Below, piece after piece: positions 1 through 3,346 of a stretch of DNA of 3,346 nt (position 1 is its first letter; each line of letters begins with the position of its first letter). This DNA is from a virus (Duplodnaviria; Heunggongvirae; Uroviricota; Caudoviricetes). The DNA lies in the IMG/VR virus record IMGVR_UViG_2529292726_000026, one strand, 5' to 3'. The translations under genes were made by a program, and so were the position numbers. The notes under the pieces are model-generated. The model made no database searches. It had not been told where the DNA came from and was given only the letters and a program-made list of their open reading frames with translations.

Positions 1-612
1 ATGGCAGCAGTAAAAATCTCAGGTGTGCTGAAAGATGGTGCGGGAAAACCAATACAGAACTGCACTATTCAACTGAAGGCAAAGCGTAACAGCACCACGG
101 TACTGGTGAACACGGTGGCCTCTGAAAATCCGGATGAAGCCGGGCGTTACAGCATGGATGTTGAGCATGGCCAGTACAGCGTCACCCTGCTGGTTGAAGG
201 TTTTCCGCCTTCACATGCCGGAACCATTACCGTCTATGAAGGTTCCAGACCAGGTACGCTGAATGATTTTCTCGGTGCCATGACGGAAGATGATGTCATG
301 CCGGAGGCATTGCGTCGTTTTGAGGCAATGGTGGAAGAAGCGGCACGCAACGCCGAAGCCGCCTCTCAGAGCGCAGCGGCGGCAAAGAAATCCGAAACTG
401 CAGCGGCATCATCGAAGAACGCGGCGAAAACCTCAGAAACGAATGCAGCTAACAGCGCACAGGCGGCAGCGTCCTCGCAGACTGCATCGGCAAACTCCGC
501 GACAGCAGCCAAAAAATCAGAAACCAACGCGAAAAACAGCGAGACAGCCGCAAAGACGAGCGAAACCAACGCAAAGTCCAGCCAGACGGCAGCGAAGACC
601 AGCGAAACGTAA
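1..612 (+). CDS. stf: Side tail fibre protein, N-terminal fragment (lambda Stf-like proximal domain followed by Ala/Ser/Thr-rich fibre repeats); ends at TAA 610-612
   Basis: Seen: ATG at 1, open in frame 1 to TAA 610-612. The first ~110 aa (MAAVKISGVLKDGAGKPIQNCTIQLKAKRNSTTVLVNTVASENPDEAGRYSMDVEHGQYSVTLLVEGFPPSHAGTITVYEGSRPGTLNDFL...) closely match the N-terminus of lambda Stf as recalled from memory. From about aa 120 onward the product is low-complexity KTSETNAK / AAKSSQ-type repeats typical of the Stf family. The length (203 aa) is far too short for a fibre, so this is a fragment. Confidence 0.8.
   Translation: MAAVKISGVLKDGAGKPIQNCTIQLKAKRNSTTVLVNTVASENPDEAGRYSMDVEHGQYSVTLLVEGFPPSHAGTITVYEGSRPGTLNDFLGAMTEDDVMPEALRRFEAMVEEAARNAEAASQSAAAAKKSETAAASSKNAAKTSETNAANSAQAAASSQTASANSATAAKKSETNAKNSETAAKTSETNAKSSQTAAKTSET
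553..608 (+). repeat. 56-bp direct repeat, copy 1 (55/56 identical to 747-802)
   Basis: Seen: aagacgagcgaaaccaacgcaaagtccagccagacggcagcgaagaccagcgaaac. The single mismatch is c567 versus t761. Read in frame 1 it encodes KTSETNAKSSQTAAKTSET. Confidence 0.9.
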
Positions 613-614
613 GC

Positions 615-2354
615 GTGCAGCAAGAACCAGTATTGACGGCGAAAAATAGCCAGAATGCAGCAGCCGAAAGCGAGAGCGCGTCAGCCGGTTCTGCGACTGC
701 AGCAGCTGGATCAGCAACTGCTGCGGCTAACAGCCAGAAAGCAGCGAAGACGAGCGAAACTAACGCAAAGTCCAGCCAGACGGCAGCGAAGACCAGCGAA
801 ACAAATGCCAAAGCCAGCGAAACTGCGGCGAAAAGCAGTCAGGATGCAGCAGCCGAAAGCGAGAGTGCTGCAGCTGGTTCTGCAAGTGCGGCGGCTGCTT
901 CTGCCACTGCATCAGCAAACAGTCAAAAAGCTGCAAAAACCAGTGAAACCAATGCAAAGACAAGCGAGACTGCAGCGGCGAACTCGGCGCAAGCATCGGC
1001 AGCAAGCCAGACAGCAGCTAAAGCAAGTGAGGATGCAGCCAGAGAGTATGCAAGCCAGGCAGCAGAGCCGTATAAATATGTCTTACAGCCACTGCCTGAT
1101 GTGTGGATACCGTTTAACGATTCACTGGATATGCTTGCTGGCTTTTCGCCTGGTTATAAGCAAATAACTGTAGGTGATGATGTTATTAAAATGCCATCCG
1201 ATAAGGTTGTTAGCTTCAAACGCGCATCAGGTGCAACATACATTAATAAATCAGGTGTATTAACCGTTGCTGAAGTTGACGAACCGCGATTTGAACGAGA
1301 AGGTTTGCTGATTGAAGGACAGAGAACAAACTATTTCAGAAATTCAAATACACCAGAAGCATGGAATAACACGGGTAGTGTGTCTGTTGAGTCGTTCGAC
1401 AGTGATAAGGGGTTTAACTATGGAAGGATAACTGTTATTAATGAAAATCCGACAGCACAAGGATATCAGGCAATTGCTGTAAACACGAATGATGCTTACA
1501 CCTGCCCGGCAGGTTCTTATACGACGATATCGTGTCTGACGAAAAGTGATAATTCCCGGTGTCGTGCAAGGTTCGGAAAAATGTCTGATAATGGTGCGTT
1601 TGTTTTTCATTCAGATGCAGCTCTGGATCCTGTTACGGGAAATGTTGTTCATGGAAATAATGTGACGGTGACGGCAGAAAGAGTCGGTGAATGGTGGTTG
1701 TTTACCGCCACTCTTTTTGCAGATGCGGAAATGATAATCAGCTCAAGATTTGAAATCCTGGCGATGCCTGGAATCAGTATTATCCCCAATGGCTCTACGT
1801 TAGATATTGCGATGCCTCAGGCGGAGATTGGGTCGTACAGGACGTCATTTATCATTACTGAAGGGGCTCCTGGCACTCGCTCCAGCGACATGGTGACAAT
1901 ACCTGTAAGAAACAATATTCACCGATTACCATTCAGTGCTCTTGTTGAAGTTAATAAAAACTGGGATATCCCTCCCAGCAAATCACCATTAATCTTTAAT
2001 GTTAAAGATTATCAGGAAAATGGTCTGTTCACGCATGGATTCCGTGGTAATAATTTCTCTGATGCCGGTTCTCCTTTTATTTCTATGGGAGGGTGTAATA
2101 AATATGTGGCAACAACCCAGAGGAAAATCATTTCAGGCTTCCGTTGTGGCGCTGATGGAGATGTTCAGGCCGTATGTAATGGTGAATTATCTGTTGCGGC
2201 AAAAACAACATGGACTTCAATTGTTCCACGGGCAGTATTGCGAATTGGAGGGCAGGGCACTAATGGGGAGTATCATCTTTTTGGTCATATCCGTAATCTG
2301 CGTATCTGGCATAAAGAATTAACTGATGCGCAAATGGGGGAGAGTATTAAATGA
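615..2354 (+). CDS. Side tail fibre protein, C-terminal fragment (fibre repeats, then distal receptor-binding region with LamG/ConA-like C-terminus); start codon uncertain
   Basis: Seen: frame 3 is open from upstream of 615 to TGA 2352-2354. Translation from about 640 continues the same repeat family as the first fragment (AKNSQNAAAESES...NSQKAAKTSETNAK). No ATG or convincing Shine-Dalgarno precedes it; GTG 615 is simply the first possible start, 2 nt after the upstream stop. The C-terminal residues (...GEYHLFGHIRNLRIWHKELTDAQMGESIK) resemble the terminal strand motif of LamG/concanavalin-A-like lectin domains (recalled motif, not searched). Confidence 0.7.
   Translation: MQQEPVLTAKNSQNAAAESESASAGSATAAAGSATAAANSQKAAKTSETNAKSSQTAAKTSETNAKASETAAKSSQDAAAESESAAAGSASAAAASATASANSQKAAKTSETNAKTSETAAANSAQASAASQTAAKASEDAAREYASQAAEPYKYVLQPLPDVWIPFNDSLDMLAGFSPGYKQITVGDDVIKMPSDKVVSFKRASGATYINKSGVLTVAEVDEPRFEREGLLIEGQRTNYFRNSNTPEAWNNTGSVSVESFDSDKGFNYGRITVINENPTAQGYQAIAVNTNDAYTCPAGSYTTISCLTKSDNSRCRARFGKMSDNGAFVFHSDAALDPVTGNVVHGNNVTVTAERVGEWWLFTATLFADAEMIISSRFEILAMPGISIIPNGSTLDIAMPQAEIGSYRTSFIITEGAPGTRSSDMVTIPVRNNIHRLPFSALVEVNKNWDIPPSKSPLIFNVKDYQENGLFTHGFRGNNFSDAGSPFISMGGCNKYVATTQRKIISGFRCGADGDVQAVCNGELSVAAKTTWTSIVPRAVLRIGGQGTNGEYHLFGHIRNLRIWHKELTDAQMGESIK
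747..802 (+). repeat. 56-bp direct repeat, copy 2 (55/56 identical to 553-608)
   Basis: Seen: aagacgagcgaaactaacgcaaagtccagccagacggcagcgaagaccagcgaaac. Read in frame 3 it encodes the same peptide as copy 1. Confidence 0.9.
2336..2344 (+). promoter_or_regulatory. Shine-Dalgarno (GGGGGAGAG) for ORF 2351-2632, inside the 3' end of the fibre gene
   Basis: Seen: purine-rich GGAG core at 2339-2342, 8 nt before ATG 2351; the stop and start overlap (ATGA). Confidence 0.6.
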
Positions 2355-2632
2355 AAGATTTAACACTCAAATTTGCAGACAGGGCCGACTTTTCGGCCTT
2401 TATGGAGAGTATTGGCTATTATGATGACGAGTCGATGCAGGATGATATTCTTATTGACGTGATAGGTAACGTGTACAAAGAAACCGGAGAACTGACTGAA
2501 GATGGCGAACCGGTATGTGTTAAGGAAGACGGATATTTTGTAAACGTGCGCATCATTAATGATGCAAAAAAATCGTCAATATTCGATAAATACGCGGTTG
2601 TTGTTGAGCATCAACTTCGTGGCTGGATGTGA
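2351..2632 (+). CDS. Hypothetical small acidic protein (93 aa), translationally coupled to the tail fibre gene
   Basis: Seen: ATG 2351-2353 overlaps the fibre stop TGA 2352-2354 (ATGA). A GGGGGAGAG Shine-Dalgarno lies at 2336-2344, about 8 nt upstream. Open to TGA 2630-2632. The product is Asp/Glu-rich with no family I recognise. Position between two fibre-related genes suggests a structural or assembly role (inference). Confidence 0.65.
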   Translation: MKDLTLKFADRADFSAFMESIGYYDDESMQDDILIDVIGNVYKETGELTEDGEPVCVKEDGYFVNVRIINDAKKSSIFDKYAVVVEHQLRGWM

Positions 2633-2638
2633 GGGAGA
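2631..2638 (+). promoter_or_regulatory. Shine-Dalgarno (GAGGGAGA) for ORF 2642-3346
   Basis: Seen: GGAG core at 2634-2637, 4 nt before ATG 2642; overlaps the TGA stop (2630-2632) of the upstream ORF. Confidence 0.6.
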
Positions 2639-2641
2639 CAA

Positions 2642-3346
2642 ATGGCTACATCGACAGTAATTCCAGGAGATATCACCACGCTAAAGGGAGATGTCAGTAA
2701 AACTAAGGAAGATATTTCCTCAATTAACGGAAAAGTATCAACGCTTCAGACTGATATGACCAGTGCAAAGCAGGATATCAGCACCAGATACACAAAAACT
2801 GAAGTTGATAATAAGCTGAAAAACAAACTGGAAGTGAATGCTCTGGAAAGCGGTAATTATGGTGGAGATTTTTACCCGCTGACTGGCCGTGAAGCATTTT
2901 ATTTATGGAATTTGGGCACGACTACAGCGGCGGCAAACCTTTATCTTAATCCTGACCCTGCAATTTCGTCTGTACTGCGGTCAACATCGTCTATTCGCTA
3001 TAAACATTCAGTAGAGACGATAGATTCAGAGCACGCCGATCTCATTTTCAGGATGCGCCCTGTGTGGTACAGGTCGCAATGCGAAAATGACAGGCGTGAC
3101 TGGGGATTCTATGGATTGATTGCCGAGGAAGTAGGAGAAATTGCCCCTCAGTTTGTTCACTGGCGACCAGCTAACGAAGATGATGCACCGGAAACCATTT
3201 CCAGCAATGGCCTTGTTGCCGAAGGTGTAATGTACGAACGTCTGGTTGTTCCACTGATTCACCATATCCAGAAACTGACTGAAAGAGTTGATGAACTTGA
3301 GTCAGAATTAAAGTTGTTATTAACTTCCCGAAGCGATATTAGATAA
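2642..3346 (+). CDS. Tail fibre domain-containing protein with C-terminal peptidase S74 intramolecular chaperone domain (234 aa)
   Basis: Seen: ATG 2642 preceded by GAGGGAGA (2631-2638), which overlaps the upstream stop; open to TAA 3344-3346. The N-terminal ~65 aa are heptad-like and polar (GDITTLKGDVSKTKEDISSINGKVSTLQTDMTSAKQDIS...). The C-terminal ~110 aa (SSIRYKHSVETIDSEHADLIFRMRPVWYRS...GFYGLIAEEVGEIAPQFVH...NGLVAEGVMYERLVVPLIHHIQKLTERVDELESEL) follow the recalled S74 / endosialidase-chaperone pattern, including a Ser-x4-Lys dyad at S116 and K121. Confidence 0.85.
   Translation: MATSTVIPGDITTLKGDVSKTKEDISSINGKVSTLQTDMTSAKQDISTRYTKTEVDNKLKNKLEVNALESGNYGGDFYPLTGREAFYLWNLGTTTAAANLYLNPDPAISSVLRSTSSIRYKHSVETIDSEHADLIFRMRPVWYRSQCENDRRDWGFYGLIAEEVGEIAPQFVHWRPANEDDAPETISSNGLVAEGVMYERLVVPLIHHIQKLTERVDELESELKLLLTSRSDIR
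2987..3316 (+). other. Peptidase S74 (intramolecular chaperone, auto-cleaving) domain within CDS 2642-3346; putative catalytic Ser codon 2987-2989, Lys codon 3002-3004
   Basis: Motif-level comparison to endosialidase C-terminal chaperone domains (catalytic Ser-Lys dyad in an SDRRLK-like context; here SSIRYK), followed by a GLIAQEV-like segment (here GLIAEEVGEIAPQFV) and a C-terminal helix. Domain boundaries are approximate. Confidence 0.7.

Larger units (their letters stand above)
340..1060 (+). repeat. Degenerate Ala/Ser/Thr-rich tail-fibre repeat region (KTSETNAK / AAKSSQ / AAAESESAAAGSA units) spanning the frameshift
   Basis: Seen: repeated peptide units in frame 1 up to 609 and in frame 3 from about 640. 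Two diverged ~190-bp units (about 640-835 and 835-1000) each encode ...SQ(N/D)AAAESES...NSQKAAKTSETNAK. GC is high here (about 58% in a hand-counted sample, 361-420). Boundaries are approximate. Confidence 0.7.
1..2354 (+). pseudogene. Interrupted side tail fibre gene (the two fragments above taken together; frame 1 to frame 3 switch at about 609-640)
   Basis: Inference: both fragments encode the same repeat family and together give the expected fibre architecture (proximal domain, repeats, distal domain). An in-frame TAA at 610-612 and a -1 frame change separate them. Could instead be a sequencing error or a recoding event. Confidence 0.4.

Noticed and set aside
290-649. Frame-2 ORF 290-649 (119 aa, extremely Arg-rich) and frame-1 ORF 655-1167 (170 aa, Arg/Gln-rich)
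   Set aside because: They are alternative-frame readings of the same repeat region; the composition is an artefact of shifted GCN/AAR codons. The genuine coding frames (frame 1, then frame 3) are supported by homology and repeat structure.
366-811. Reverse-strand ORFs 366-623 (85 aa) and 449-811 (120 aa), rich in Ala, Phe, Leu and Val
   Set aside because: They are the antisense reading of the GC-rich Ala/Ser/Thr repeat region. Low-complexity repeats lack stops in several frames, and these ORFs have no start context or recognisable protein features.
517-1005. Reverse-strand ORFs 517-717 (66 aa) and 760-1005 (81 aa)
   Set aside because: Same repeat-region artefact; both are fully embedded antisense to the fibre coding sequence.
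1344-1610. Reverse-strand ORF 1344-1610 (88 aa)
   Set aside because: Entirely inside the + strand fibre gene, with no Shine-Dalgarno and an Arg/Ile-rich product typical of antisense reading of AT-rich coding DNA.
1999-2322. Forward ORF 1999-2322 (107 aa) in an alternative frame
   Set aside because: Overlaps the fibre gene in a different frame, and the real frame is supported through to the LamG-like C-terminus. The hydrophobic product looks like an AT-rich frame artefact.
3026-3265. Reverse-strand ORF 3026-3265 (79 aa)
   Set aside because: Embedded antisense to the S74 domain, whose + strand frame is supported by motif conservation.
2355-3346. Looked for a lambda-type tail fibre assembly gene (tfa) after the fibre
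   Set aside because: Neither downstream ORF resembles Tfa as I recall it (no MAFRMSEQPRTIKIYNL-like N-terminus, wrong size), so no tfa is called.
1-3346. Scanned for tRNA or other RNA genes, CRISPR repeats, transposase or integrase genes and att-like sites
   Set aside because: None found. The only repeats are coding-sequence fibre repeats in direct orientation; there are no spacer-like arrays or terminal inverted repeats, and the window is fully occupied by the three-gene + strand operon.

Overview
The window is one strand-consistent (+) tail-fibre module of a lambdoid enterobacterial phage or prophage, with four tightly packed reading frames. (1) 1-612 is the N-terminal part of a lambda Stf-like side tail fibre, and 615-2354 continues it in a different frame, so the gene is interrupted by a stop and a -1 frame change at about 609-640. 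(2) The interruption sits immediately after a 56-bp near-perfect direct repeat (553-608 and 747-802), and recombination between the two copies would restore one continuous reading frame. (3) GC content falls sharply near 1060-1080, marking a mosaic junction between the conserved GC-rich proximal part and an AT-rich distal receptor-binding region that ends in a LamG/concanavalin-A-like motif. (4) A 93-aa acidic ORF of unknown function (2351-2632) overlaps the fibre stop codon. (5) A complete 234-aa protein (2642-3346) carries a C-terminal peptidase S74 intramolecular-chaperone domain behind only about 115 residues of passenger. No tfa-like assembly gene, RNA gene, CRISPR array or transposase was seen. 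All homology statements rest on recalled family motifs, not on a database search.
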